Below, piece after piece: positions 36,840 to 50,570 of a stretch of DNA of 64,000 bases. The notes below the pieces were generated by a model. That model was given only the letters and a program-made list of their open reading frames with translations. It did not search any database and was not told where the DNA came from. Position numbers and translations under genes: made by a program. Origin of the DNA: Oikopleura dioica (Eukaryota; Animalia; Chordata); NCBI GenBank assembly GCA_907165135.1, contig OU015566.1, positions 11,160,001 to 11,224,000 on the forward strand. The letters are read 5' to 3'. Within the stretch, counting starts at the first letter, position 1, and every line of letters begins with the position of its first letter.

Positions 36840-37832
36840 TTAGGAAGAGGTCCGTCTGGATTCGTCTGAAGAGCGACGTTCGAGTGATTGCGCGCGGCGA
36901 TTTTTCAACATTCGGGACATTTCTTCGTCCTGAAAACTCATCATCTTAATTCAAATTTCCTTCCGTACCGCTGATGTGAAGTTTTCGACTTTTTCCGTAG
37001 AAGGCTTGACTTGTACTTTTTGGCAGTAATAGTACTCGTAGGCAGCTGTTGACAGGCACCATCTACCAGCTCTTACTAGAGTCGAATTTAGCTCAAAAAT
37101 CGTTAAGGGGAAAATCTTACCTTCAATAATTTCCAAAAGCATTCTTCTTCCCGCAGAGCTAGTATTTGGATTAATAAAACAATCTCGTATACAGGTGAAT
37201 AGTTTGTCCATTTTTTCGTTGTTGGCCGTCTAAATAGGTTAAAATAGCCCAACAGAGCATGGTTCTTACTTCAAGCTGTTGACCAATTAGCTGTAGCTGG
37301 CCCATCAGACATTGAATGTCATTTTGCTCGCCAGAGAGCGTCAGTTGTTCAAGACATTGGAAAACTGGCGTGACAAGGACGCCAAGTTCTTGGCCTTTGA
37401 CTCGTATTGTCTTGGAACGAAGATGTTAGAGCTTATATCTGTGGTGGATTAGTGTCACCTTGTAGAGGCCGCAAATGTAGGCAACAAAGCCTCTAAACTC
37501 CGATGGCTTCAAATTTGCCTTGTCCTTGAATGTCTTTTGCAATAATCCAAGCGTTCGAGTTCTGAAGGGTCGTTTTGGTTCATCTTTGTACTGGCCGTTT
37601 TCTTTCTCGATGATCATTGACGCTAGAAGCGCTGCATGACGGGCCCATTTTAGCTTACAAAAACGTTTTTCTCAACTTCGACTAACGAAACTACCTCTTT
37701 CTTAGCTAAATCGATCATGGTTCCGGCGGCGGTAATAACCAGCGCTTCCAACGGAGCCGACTCGCTATTCATCACTTTGGAGATAATTTCCGCCTCATTT
37801 TCGCTAAGAGGCAATCCCTGCAACATCTCCAT
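36840..37832 (-). CDS. MIF4GD: MIF4G-domain protein (SLIP1/MIF4GD-like)
   Basis: FRTRTLGLLQKTF, VLVTPVFQCLEQL, LQLIGQQLE, MDKLF..IRDCF, RRMLLEIIE..RAGRW. Confidence 0.8.
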
Positions 37833-38021
37833 CTAACATGACGTCAAGTTACTATATTTTTCCTCAATTATTATTCAGTGCGTATTTCATTTGGTATTTC
37901 ATGTAAGTGTCACGGATTTTTGAAGTGAGAATTTGCATTAAATTAAATATATATTTTGTACATAAAATAAATAGATCGAGAAAGAAGCACAGAAGTGATG
38001 ATGGCAGATTCTTCTGTTTCT

Positions 38022-39612
38022 TTAAGATGAATTGCGGTACCACAAGGCGACCCCTGAAAAATGACCATGATTTGAAAATTAATTCCCAACTTACCGATAG
38101 CAGCAATGGCACAGATAGTGGCACCAATGATCAGACCAGATGAAACTTCATCTTTTTCTGCAGAATTTTCTTCGGTCTTTTGATTGTCGCTTGGAGCTGA
38201 TTGCGTTTCTGAACGAATTGTAAATTGAAACAATACAGATTTTGAAGATTTACTTTTTGGAGATTTCTGAACGACGGGGGATTCCGAAGCTCCACTGAAC
38301 ATCTTTGAGTACATTTGTTTTTGCTTTACGTCCTGCTTTTTCAGCTCTCGACGACAGCGTTCTTCGTGTTTTTCCATAGACGCGGTGTACTTTTTCTCTT
38401 CAGAGCCAGCTTCCAATACGCGGACCTTGGCAATGATCTTCAAGACCTCTTCGTAGTTTTTCTCCCGAATTTCGATGTCAGCCTAAAAGATCAAAATTTA
38501 ACGCAAGAATTTCGAGCATTCAACTCACGATAAGAGCAAGTACGCTGAGATTATCTGGGTAGATGGCGAGAACTTCTCTGAAACAGCCGATTGCTCTCTT
38601 GTTTTCGCCTTTTTTGAAGAAGCATCGGCCAGCATTCTTCATGAGCTTCTCGAAAAGCTCCTTCGTCTCTTCAGTCTGCTCATTTTCTAAAAAATAGTTT
38701 TAACCCATTCATTCCGTCAAATAGCCACCCTTACGAGAAATGAATTCTTGAATTTGCTTCAAGCCATTCTGGTAGTGCTTGAGCGCGGTTTCGATGTCGC
38801 TCGCTTTCCAAGCTTCGTTACCAGACGACTTGAAGTCATTGGCCAACTTGAGATGATTCTTCTCAAGCTTTTCCACAATTTTTAAAACAAATTCCATAGG
38901 AAGAGTCTTGCGAAGACTATCATGAGATTTGACAGCAATAGAGCCGCCAACTTTCGCTTCATAGCACGCAAGCTCGATAGCTGGAATTGCGAATCCGTCC
39001 CCAAGCAGAACCTCAAGCGTTTCGTGGTGCTTTAACTCGCAATCGTTATCCACACTGGATCCGAATCGCAAGTGCTGGGCGATCACAGGGACAGAGATTT
39101 CGATTTTGACCAAATCGCCATTTTTGACGGTTTCTTCACCACCCTCTACCATGATCTTTGTGTAAAGGCGGCCTGATCCAAGGACATCTTGCCAATGATA
39201 GGGGTCCACCGGTTTCTTCGCTTCTTGAGCGGGAGAATCTTCTAGTGCCGCTTCTGGAATTTCAGCTTCGTCGACAGGGTCCGCTGTATCCTCAGAAACG
39301 ACTTGGTCGTTCTCGGTTTCTCCCTTTGTGGATGGCTCTACGACTTCAGCAGATTGCTTGATCTCCTCGTTTTCGATCGGTACGAGTTCGGGAACTTATT
39401 TAAATTTGAAGAGTCCTAAGCAGTACAAAAATACCTGAATCCGCGTTACTGCTATCAGAATCAACCTCAAGCGGAACATTCTCGACTTCCTTTTGCTGAT
39501 TGAAGTCGGCCGAGTTCAGAACTTCGTATGCAGACGATTTCATGTTCTCTGCAACATGCTGGAAGTCTCCACTTGGCTCTGGGGATGCGATTTCCTGCTT
39601 AGTATTATCCAT
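38022..39612 (-). CDS. FKBP8: FKBP8/FKBP38-like (acidic N-terminus, FKBP domain, TPR, C-terminal TM anchor)
   Basis: WQDVLGSGRLYTKI; TPR KSSGNEAWK, YPDNLSVL; QKQMYSKMF; tail TM GLIIGATICAIAAIGVALW. Confidence 0.85.
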
Positions 39613-39770
39613 TGCTTGACTCTTGGATTCTACAAATACGACGCGTTTATTTAGGAGACAAAAAATCTCTACTGTAAAAATTTGGGCAGTAAAGGCTTGA
39701 TGGATGACAATGAAAACAGCACTAAGGTGAACTGGTGACGGAAAGCTACATGTAGCGGTATTTTAAAATT

Positions 39771-42700
39771 TCAGTAATCGTCATAATCGTTATCATAGTC
39801 ATTTTCATCGTTGAACTCGTCGAAATCGCTCATATCTGACCTGGTTAGTGAATCGTATGATCTCGCTTCCTCGGAAGATTCCCTGAAATGAGAGTAATGA
39901 AAGAGAAAACAGAAAGAATGGAAGTGATCTAGACTCTAGATTCTAGAGAAAAATATACTCACTCATCCGGGTAATCGTTTCTCCAATTTTCCTCGTCGTT
40001 GGAATCAGAGTCATTTTCCCAATCTGCTTCTTCCTCTCTCACTCGCATCATGTAATCCATGTCATACGATTCAAAGACCAAATTGTCATCCTGTATTACA
40101 TCATTGGTGTAGTAAATATCGTACACATACTCCTCGTTCGCGTCTTAAATCGAACATCTGTTAAAATTCTCGTCGTCTCAAGAGCTTTGATAAGAAATTT
40201 TATCATAATTGCAGATGGAAGTGTTTATTGGGTAAATACCTGATGATTTGTTTGTGTTATCAGCAAGTGAAAGATTTTCACGGATCAACTTGGCACCGTT
40301 GAGACTGATGTCGACCTGTTTCCTATTCTCGATCTCTTCATACAAAATGTCGTAGAATCGAGCTGTGTCCTCGTCTTTTCTGAAAATTTGGAATGACAAT
40401 TATGCCAAGCTGTATCCTCTTGACTGAAGGGGCTTCAATGAGAATTTCTTGATGAGTTGCAAAAGATTATGAAGTACAAAATATCAGGTTATATAATTGA
40501 CGATACCTTCAGTAAATTAGGCCGGAGGAACTTTGTTTCTTGGTCACTTTTGATATCTCTATTTGTTCCCCTCGCCGAATAACATCTGATATCAACAACG
40601 ATAACGAGTATATCTGTTTATTTTTAGGACTTCCTAAATACGGGAAATATCAATATCGCGAAAACAAAATCCAGCATTTTAGGACAGCTCATTGTTTGCG
40701 CCCTTCAACACAATCTGGACTTTTCTTCGCGGCTAGTTGACATGGGAATGACACTTTCTCATCAAGTTCTTTATATTTTCAGAGTCAAAGAATCAAAATA
40801 GAAAACCAAACGCTTTCTAGAACAAGACTTCGACTTTATATAAGTGAAAAGAGAGCATGATAGTTGAAGGAAAGCCTGCCTATGCGGTAAAAATTGATAT
40901 GAGAGGGCCCTATGGCTTTTGGGTAATCGCCAGAGACCACAGACTGAAGCAAATGTAGGTCATTTTTCCTGGAAAAGGATAGAAAATTACTAGAACTTTT
41001 GTTTTTAGAATACGAGGTATTTTCGAACATATCAGTCGAGGATGAACATGTACCACAGGAAAGATACTAAAAGTATAAAAAATAGCAAGAAAAAGATTCT
41101 CATTAATCTCAATTCAAAAATTGTATCTTGACGAAAGTTCCATGGCATCCTATGACCAAATGAGCCCGCGAGATAATATATTGGCAGAAGTAGAAGTAAT
41201 CAAGGGACGGATAAATACACCTTTCTCGTATCGACTAATCTTTTGACATGAAAAATCTCTTCCTGACGGCCGTATCTTTCAGTATCGCCAGCTTCGTTTG
41301 GTGCTGGGTTACCCGGGTCTGGCAACTCTTACAAAGAAAATGGCGACTATACTTCCTGGACATGATGAAAGCCCCTTATTTACCCAATATAGAAATGGCC
41401 TTTGTCACCATAAGTAGCAAAAGCCACAGGGAAGAAGCCCCAAAACGCATTTGAATAGTCTGTGTGTAATGAGAGGTCGTGCTCCGAGCTATATCGCCAG
41501 TGCTTGAGCACACTTAGAAGGTCAATCACACACATTAGAGTAAAGCGAGAGAATTTGGACAACGGCTATCGTCCGGGCCGACGCAGGAAATTGGGTCGCA
41601 AATAATGGAAGTTTTTAAGTTTAGCATTTTCGATAGAGATAATAAAAATTATGAAAATAAACGAAAAGAATATGCTTTGCTCCTTCATGATTTTTCAAGC
41701 AAAAAAGTTTCTTTAGGGACAACTTTCTTGGCTATTTTTTTCAACAAGGGATCTTAGAGGAAATAAAGCTTTAATCTATCTATTGACCTTCAAAAAGGAA
41801 CTGTGATGGGGCACAGTACACTGCGGCCACTTGGTCGACCTGGACCTCTTATTCCTCAAAATCGTAACAAACTTTAGACTATTCAAGTGGATGATCTTTT
41901 TATTAGGGCAGACGGTGAATGTTTACCTAGAACACTCCACTGTGCGTGGTGTGCCTGGTTTGCCCCCATTGGTGAGGCCCGTTCCCATTGTCCCAGGGAA
42001 CGAGAACATCGCGAAAATGAAACAGCCAGCACCGGGTTCGCGTTTATCCTTTGAAAGCCACATTATGTCGACCGCTCGAAATCGACGGAAAGCCACTTCC
42101 TCCTCCAAAAGAGACAGCAACTCCAAGAACTCCGCTGCACGTCGAAAACCGCCTTTAGACCTCGAACCGGCCAACAACCCTTTGATGATCATCGATCGGC
42201 TGGTGAAAGAAACGAAAAAGTCAGTACTCTTATTAATAGGCGCAGTTAACCAAAACAATCATTTTCGCCAAATTTTTATTTTGCTAAAAATTTGGATTCT
42301 CAATTTGAAAAACAATTTGTTTAACATCGAAAAGACCCGATTCCGGCGTCGTTGATATCAACAGCCAGTTCGACCAAAGTTACAAAGTTCCTTCTAGGCC
42401 AGCGTCGAAGAACTCTTTCACTCTCCAACAGCTAAAAATCGGCTCGACCCGAATCACGCCAAAAGAAGCCGCGAGGAGCTGCGCGTGAGCACCAAGAGCG
42501 GCTCAAGTGCAAGCGGAGCTCAAGAAGATAACATTGGCCTTGCCGGATTGAAAATATCAACAAAGCCAAGATGCACGCCTGTAACAGTGTTGTCGAGCTT
42601 GAAGAAAGAAAGAATATCTTGTACGTGTTCGGCATGCGAAGATCGGAAAGAAAAGGTAGAAATACAGTATAATCAGTCCATTATCCCGCTACAATAGGGA

Positions 42701-43665
42701 GCTAAGCCATGCTTACATACGACTAGATGGTTTTTCAGGAAATCGGGCATCCTAAAATTCTTATTCTCATGAACAAGAGATTAAATATGATGACTACTGT
42801 AAATTTTTTATTTGCTACTTGTCGTTTTTCACGTCGCTCGGGACTGTTTGGCCCCATGTTCATGAGCTTCATAAAAAATCCTGACACTGACAGATAATCG
42901 TCGAAAGATCAATAAAAATGTCCAATGCAGTATTTTTCACGAGTTTTATACTGTAGTAAAATGTCAAAGACACGACTTTTTTGGAAGATTTCAGAGTTCC
43001 TCGTGGGAAGCGAACAATAAAGCTTCATTTTCAAGATGTTCCACTACCGAATAAATTCGATTAAAAATAGTTTTTGACGAGAAAGAGATTAAAAATTCAT
43101 ATTTCAGAAATCACGGCTTGGTTTCGACCGAGAAGAGCGATTGCGCCAACTCGCCGAGCAGCAAAAATACGCAGACCCATTGAAAGATGCGGATTCTGCG
43201 TTTCTAGCACGTATTCGCGAGCTCAAATCGTACGACCTGGATACGGCAAAACAAGAAGATGCTAAGAAGCGTCGCAAAAACAAAAAATAAAAACCGTCCA
43301 TTTCGCCCATCTTTTTATAAATATGAATATACTGACTTTCAAAAAGAAAAAATAGGCCAATTGTAAATTCAATAAAAACTAGAATACGTACACTTTTTCC
43401 TTCACCGCGGACACTTCGTCCAAGGATGTTGGATTCTTGCGCTTTCGTGAAGGAGTTACTAAAGCAATCGCATCTTCCGCATCTTTGGAAGCCACAGTTC
43501 CAGCATATGAGAATTTCACATCGATTTTGCGCTAGAAAATGGGATTTTCTGAGCTGAAATTCTGACCTGGCCACTTACTCTTTTCAAATCGACTCTGAGT
43601 CCCTTATCCGGGTCATCCTCTTTCTTCCTCTTGACTCTGACGACAGTAAAGCCGTCCTCTGCCAT
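39771..43665 (-). CDS. SLC7A6OS: Iwr1/SLC7A6OS RNA polymerase II nuclear import factor, with a ~3-kb intron
   Basis: N-terminal TVVRVKRKKE, KFSYAGTV; NGAKLIRE, EYVYDIYY, DSDSNDEENWRNDYPDE. Confidence 0.85.
41806..43290 (+). CDS. Orphan basic low-complexity protein nested antisense in the SLC7A6OS intron
   Basis: GT-AG-bounded open exons (41806-, 41931-, ~42398-42654, 43108-43290) ending FLARIRELKSYDLDTAKQEDAKKRRKNKK*; middle junction uncertain. Confidence 0.6.
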
Positions 43666-44102
43666 CTTTTGGTCGACTTATTTCGCAAAAAATCTGCTTC
43701 GAAACAAGACAACAAAGAAGATGCGTCTGAATCTTGCAATCGAGATTAGTTTTAACGCCGCCGCTCGACTGTTAAATTTTTAATTTAATTAGCCAGTAAA
43801 ACAGGAAATTTATGTCAGCGCTAATACTGTGACATATTGCGAGAGCTCATAAAGAATAAAAATAGATACAGGAGCGGAGAATTAAACATTTAGAACATCC
43901 CAAAGTTCAAAAGAAGTTGTCACTTCGGAATATAGAAAATGCAGAATTGTTGTCATGGAATTGTTATTGCACATTTTAAATAAGGTCGGTTTAGTTTTTA
44001 GCATAAGGATATAGTAGCATGTTTCAAGGATACAGAGGGCAATGCGAACTTTGAACTGCAAGGTTATTTTTCGGACTTCTGAGAAGAGTGTAACGACTGT
44101 TA

Positions 44103-46151
44103 TTAATCCAGAGATATTTCGGGATCAGCTGGCATGGGGTACTTTGTGTCTCGAACCTCGATTCCGTCGTTTAGTTTTTCTTTCAAGACTTTTACAATGG
44201 TTTGACTTATTGAAATGCTCTGAGTTGTTCAAAAATCTTTCCTTTCATATTTTCATACTCGATGTCAATATCTTCCATCGCCAAATACGACGGTGTAAAA
44301 CTTTCCATCGCCGGGAGATTCTGATAAACTCCAAGAGTCAGCGCCAGGACACCAGTAAGGAAAATCAATCTTTGAGTATATTTCCATCTTATTTCCTTCA
44401 TAAAAGTAGATGCGCATGCTTTTTCGAAGCACAGCGCGGGCAAGATAAATGCTTCAAAAAAGCTTGAAAAATGGTTTGCATGGAAAAATCTTACCGATAA
44501 ATGAACCCATAAGAGCACCGTTGAGTTGCAGGACAACTTCTACATCTTGGATGAAATATGCAACTGTCATAGTTAGAAAGACGATTACAGCTGTGAGGCT
44601 TCGGAAGATATTATCAGGGATGAATGTTACTGGAGATTCGGTTGATTCGCCGGCTTCAAGAGTTTAGCATGGCATTGGGCAATGTATAAATTCCTACCTA
44701 GACTTTCATAGCTCGGCTTGTTGAGAGTGGGCTCAACGAAACATGTAAATATCGACTGGCGGCAAGGGTAGATCATGAGCGGAAAACCAACAATGACCGA
44801 CATCGCGAAACCCAATTTAGTGAATTGAAGCACAATGTCCCTCGGGAAATTCAACAGCATGTTTCCCTTCACTTCTTCTTGAAACAGACTGTAGCCGAAG
44901 AAGCCGACGTAGATGTAGACGAAGCCAACGATGCAGATGGTTTTGCGCATGATGCGGAGCATTTGGAAACTAGTTGCGTCGGATATACTTGCATAAATGA
45001 CGAAGAATTGAGACTGACAGGTAAATGAAAGTGCGAAGATAGGTAGAACTTTGAAGACGCCGCTAGAAATTATTGATTGAGCAAAGACAGTGTTTGTTTT
45101 ATATTGCACAAAGTTGGGGAGTCCTTAATCTCCGAGCCTGGACATCGTAGATTGTCCCCGAAGGGCTGAAAATGAAGCTAAGGGTCTAATCTAGTGAGTA
45201 AGGGGGTTTTAAAAATCTAATGATCACGTTATCAATGAGATATTACGTCATCAATAACGAAATCACTGATTTTTTCGATTTTTACCCATTTTGGGGAGTC
45301 CTTAATCTCCGAGCAGAGACGTGCTAGAATGTCCGCTAAGAGCTTAAAATGTAGCTAAAGGTCCAAACTAGTGAGTAAAGTGGTTTTGAAAGTCATGTGA
45401 CTTACTCATCCCTATTCTAGAAACGTTCAAAAATCGCTTGTGCAATATAAAACACTGTCAAAGAATAACTTGGAACAGAAAGACCTGAAATCGAACCATT
45501 TGACTTCTTGAATCCAGTCAAATGAAGCAAAACCACCGGCGACCGAATTGAACGTAAGGACGAGAAGAAAAAAGACATAAAAGCAGGAAGAAAAATACGC
45601 AAATTTTGCTGGAAAAAATTAAATTCTGATATTCGAAAATTGAACGTACCAATTGCAGATAACTCCCGTAACACTCCGAGAGGATAAACAACGAACACTC
45701 CAAGACATAGAACGAGTCTTTTTTGAATACTGTTTTCATCGACAGGATTTTCTTCTGTTTCAAAGAAACCAACATAAACTTCGGTCAACAGACCAGAAAT
45801 GACAACATAAAAGGCTGAAAAAGTCGGTTGAAATCAGCTCGAATTGGCTCTTATCGATTTACCAATGCATGTTCCTAGCATGAGGCCAATTTGCGCGAAT
45901 TCGACGCCAAACTTGCCCGTCCCGCCGAAGCATGCTTTGCAGAGGTACTCGTAGTTGTGTTTGGATTTGGAGACGGCGGCGTGTAGCAACAAAGCAACGG
46001 AGCTATAAGTAGCGTAGCCGGCGAAAGCGAGGACCAGCGCGCCCAGTAACAAGCCACATTGTTTGAAACAGAAGGGAATCGCCAGTATTCCGACTCCGAC
46101 GACAGAATTGATCAAATTGACAACATGTGGCGCATCCGGGTCGCCCTTCAT
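44103..46151 (-). CDS. SLC38A10: SLC38A10-like amino-acid transporter (short C-terminal tail)
   Basis: NLINSVVGVGILAIPFCFKQCGLLLG, LMLGTCIAFY, FTCQSQ, GFPLMIYPCRQ. Confidence 0.88.
45114..45394. repeat. Two imperfect ~103-bp direct repeats (177-bp period) in an SLC38A10 intron
   Basis: ttggggagtccttaatctccgagc at 45114 and 45291, each followed by alignable sequence. Confidence 0.85.
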
Positions 46152-46774
46152 CAAATTGACATCTAAAATGAACAGAAATAAGTATTGAAAGCAGCAATTT
46201 TCCCGTTTTCTCCATTTCAAATTGTATCAGTTTTAACTTTTTGAAACAGTCAGTAGTGACAGTAGTACCTGGTTAGCGTGTAAAAGAAGGGCGGAAACCG
46301 ACCCTTATTGACAAATGAAAGCGAATCACAGCTTTTTCTGGAGTGGTGCGAAAAAAATCAAGAGATATTTCAATAAGATATTATTATCAAAGGCTATGTC
46401 CTTAATTCCAGCGATGTTAACGAAGATTCAAGGAGTCAAGGAAACCCTGTCTACACTTTGAAATCAAAAGTACTATTCTAAAAAATCATTCAGTAACACC
46501 ATGCTTTAGTTTTTACAGCGTCGAATAGTCGAATGAACGAAATAAAAATGAAATTCAAACTAAAAATATAATTCTAATAAACAAATTCTCGCCACGAATG
46601 AAACAATGAGTGAAGTAATAAAAAATGCTTTTTCAGGTTTTCAGGGTTTCTTTTTAAATTCTTTTGTTTGAAAAATCAAGGCAGGAGAAACTTCAGGAAC
46701 GCAAAGAGGGAGAGAGTTTTCAGGGTGGTGGAAGAATCGGTGAACTGAAGAGTACAATGGCTCAAGTACAGTTA

Positions 46775-47216
46775 TTAGGCGCCTCCAGCTTGTTTCTTGA
46801 GCATGTGGTAGATTTTCTCCTGAACGAAAGAAGTTGGTTTTTAATTGGATTAGGGGCCGTTTATGGGTACTAGAGAAGGATTCATGTAAGCGCACTTACC
46901 TTAATCCAGTCCTTGTTCTGTGGCTCGTAGCTTTCCGTGCTCTTTCTGTAGACCAAAATGACCAAATCTGTGAGCGAGTCGATAAAGTCAAAAAGCTAGA
47001 ATACGATTAATTTCCAACGGAAGAGGGATAAGATGGTACCTGTGAGATATCATAGGTGATCTGTTCGTGATGAGGATTCTGTCTCTTCAACTGTTCTTCG
47101 TAGAACTTGCAAACTCCCTCGAGAGCGTCTTCGAGATGTTCAAAATCGCCATAGGTTCTTGATTCAGGACGGCGGTTGGGCTGGACGAGCAGGATTGTGT
47201 GAACAGATGCGGGCAT
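46775..47216 (-). CDS. ERH: Enhancer of rudimentary homologue
   Basis: [35 protein letters not shown]. Confidence 0.96.
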
Positions 47217-47700
47217 TCTGAAATAAACGATTCTTAGGTCAGATTATTAGATTTTTTGAACAATCATTTTAATTATTATCACGACATTACTCGAATCCGC
47301 CGCAATAGAAGGATTTCAATCATTGAAAAAATGAAAAAAAAAAATTATTTCCAATAATGGTAGTCGTTATGGCATTCATACTAACAATGCTTCAGAATTT
47401 CATTTTATATGATAGAAAGTAAGCACAAAATACAATATTTCACGGAAGTAGGTATGCTGTACATGCAAACAATGTCTTAGAATATCATTTTATCAGATCA
47501 ATTTATATAAGTATGGACAATTGTTTCTTCTTTCATTATTCGTGAAAATCTCTTTTGAAATTTTCATCTCTTCATGTTCTTCTCATATTATCCGTGCTAA
47601 TGCTCTCTTTATCCCACCGCATCCGGATCTTCCCAGCGCTCGAAATTCCTTCTTTCTCAATTCATTTTCTTCTTTTTCTTTTTGGAAAGACTTTCAAAAA

Positions 47701-47770
47701 TGAGGCGGCCCACGCACGGGCCCTGGCGCAAATTTAGCGCAACGAGCGATTTAGCGCGCCGCGCTGGATC
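47701..47770. promoter_or_regulatory. GC-rich candidate bidirectional promoter between the divergent gene runs
   Basis: GC island with duplicated atttagcgc in an AT-rich spacer between ERH (-) and the 47851 gene (+). Confidence 0.4.
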
Positions 47771-47850
47771 ATTTTTTCAAAACCAACTTTTCGATATTTT
47801 TACAAAAGAGAATTTGTGACAGACGAGTCTTTCGAAAAAAAACTTAGAAG

Positions 47851-48864
47851 ATGAACAGATTTGCTTTGTTGCCAAGGGATATTTTGTCCAGAAGAATGTA
47901 TTCGGTGAATTTGAAACAAGCTAAAGGGAAAGTGTTGGCTGCGAATTCTCAGGCTAAAGGTAAATTTTGAATAGCAAAATTGTTGATTGCTAAACCATCT
48001 TTTTAGATGTGTTCTTCAAGGACACTGACGTCTACGATCCTAAGAATCCCTTCATTGGAAAAGAAGAAGTGGCAGACATGCACAGAATCAACCCCGATTA
48101 TGTCCAGTATTTGAAAGAACAAGAAGTGCACGAAGACGACTGGTTCTACAGAAATTTCTTCAGAGTTATTTGCCCTGCGATTGTGTTCTTTATGTGGATC
48201 TGGTACAAGATTTATACGAATCCGGCTTACCGAGTTCCGGGGGCAAAAAAGATTGATGACTGGTCAATTATGGTCGACTTTCATAATATGTTTTCGTCCA
48301 AAGAAAATCAGAGGGAATATGTTCACGAGTTCAGAAGAAAGTAAGTCTTATAGAAGAAAATGGTGAAGCAAGTAATGTGACATTTATAGCCATTTCATGG
48401 CGAATGGACAAATTTATTATTCACTAATGTAATCTTTTTTTCGCTTATAAAATCAGATAGTCTGATTAATCAGAAAATCAGATAAAGACATAGATTGCAA
48501 TTTTTAGAGGTGTAGCAGAACTGGCAGCTCTGGAAAGAATGGAACGAAAGGGAAAAGGACGAACCGTCACTATGTTCGAAAACAGCAACGACAAAATGAC
48601 CCTCGAAGAGTACAGAAAACTTGAAGCTGAGCGAGAAGAGCTCGAGCGCGAGCAAGCCGCTAGAATTGCCGAAGAAAACAAGAAATTAATCGAGTACAGA
48701 CAAGAACAAGCGCTGGATTATCAACGAAAACGTGAAGAAAAGCGGGCCAGAATCATGGGTAAGGATAAAAAATGATGATTCTAGCGCTGAATCATCGTCT
48801 AATCATCTCCTTTTTAGCCGCTGTGGAAGCAGAAAGAGCCCAGAAAAAAGATAACGAAGACTAA
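47851..48864 (+). CDS. Orphan single-pass protein with mitochondrial-presequence-like N-terminus and coiled-coil tail
   Basis: MNRFALLPRDILSRRMYS; TM VICPAIVFFMWIWY; four exons join in frame. Confidence 0.65.
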
Positions 48865-48930
48865 AAAACTGTTCCATTTCTAAAAAACTCCACAAATCCC
48901 TTTTTCTAAAGAGAATTTCTTCGCAATAGA

Positions 48931-50570
48931 ATGTGGCGTGCCCAAGCTGGCCATAAAATTCAAGCGAACAATGATTCGGATGACGATTGGGAGACCGAGG
49001 CCGACTTTGAGAATACAGCCGATGATAGTGTTACAAAAGCACAAGCGAGAACCTTTGGGGACAAAAACAACCCTAGTGTTATAAATGTAAGGGTTCTTTT
49101 ACTAGAGTTGCAGATGCAAATTGATCATTTTTTTCCTTAGGCGGTCGCGACAGAGCACGAAAATACAAAAGCCAACTTCCTTCATCATTCCCAAAAAGAC
49201 CATTCTCACGGCTTCGGCGGCAAATTTGGCGTCCAGGAAGACAGAAAAGATGCTTCTGCGGTAGATTTTTCGTACGACGGAAAAACTGCCAAACATCAAA
49301 GTGCCACTGATTTTTCAAAGGGCTTCGGGGGCAAATTTGGCGTTCAAAAAGACAGGCAAGATCAAAGTGCGAAGGGGTGGAATCACATTGAAAAAGTCGA
49401 GAAGCACGAGTCTCAGACGGATTATTCGAGAGGTTTTGGAGGCAAGTACGGAGTGGAAAGTGATAAGCAAGACAAAGCAGCTGTTGGATACGATTACGAA
49501 GGAAAAGTCAAGCTTCATGAGAGTCAAAATGCAGCGGGATCAAAACCGAAGGCGCCAGCGAAAGCATCCGATTTGCGAAGCAGATTTGAGAAAATGGCGA
49601 TGGAACAGGAAGAAAAGGCGAAGGTAGAACGAGAGGCAGCGCAAAAGGCGCGATTTGGCCGAGATGCTGCAGAAAGAAAAGAGCAAGAGCGAAAAGAAGC
49701 TGTGGAAAGAAATGCACCAGCTCCTGTTGCACCTGCTCCAGCGGCGAGTGTTGAAGAGGACGTTCCAAGAACTTCGGTTTCCGCAGCAAGACAAGCGTTT
49801 ATGAACCAGCAAGCCCCTGCTCCAGCTCCTGTTCAACCAACTCAGAGAAGGAGGAGTAACATTTACTCGACTTCTCAAGAACCTGAGCCACCAGCGCCTC
49901 AGCCCGTTGCTCCAACTCCACCAGCTCCAGTGAGGCAACCAGAACCCGCGCCGGAGCCTTATTACGAGCCCCCAGCTCCCGTCGCCGCAGTCAGACAGCC
50001 TGAACCAGAGCCAGAGCCGTATTATGAACCGCCCGCACCTGTTCAAGAAGCAGCTCAATATCAAGAACCTCCGCAACCGACGTTTAATGATTCTGTTCCA
50101 GCGCCGGCGCCACAAAATGATTATCAAGAGGATATTTATTCGATGCCACCTGCTCCAGAAGAGGAACAGACGTATTTTGAACCCCCTGTTGACCCTGTTC
50201 CTGCGAAAAAGTCGGCTCCTCCACCACCACCTCCAGCACAACCACAATTTGTAAGTTCTTTCAATGTATTCACATTTAATTATGATAATACCTACTAGAA
50301 CATATGTAACCATCACACAGTAAATTTATAGCACTGGAAATTTATTTTAGGATCAAGGAATATGTGCGGTAGCACTTTGGGATTACCAAGCTGAAGAAGA
50401 AGACGAAATCACTTTCGATCCCGGTGAAACAATCACACAAATTGAAATGATCGACGAGGTAAACATTCGCATTGACCACAGTTGCAATATTTCTTCAGGG
50501 TTGGTGGAAAGGCACTTGCCGTGGGCACACAGGCATTTTCCCCGCAAATTATGTCGAACTGAAACGATAA
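48931..50570 (+). CDS. CTTN: Cortactin/HS1-family protein (NTA, three cortactin repeats, Pro-rich region, SH3)
   Basis: [12 protein letters not shown]; 3x GFGGK(F/Y)GV; [24 protein letters not shown]. Confidence 0.92.

Noticed and set aside
49540-50316. 258-aa Trp/Arg-rich minus-strand ORF
   Set aside because: Antisense shadow of the Pro-rich cortactin exon
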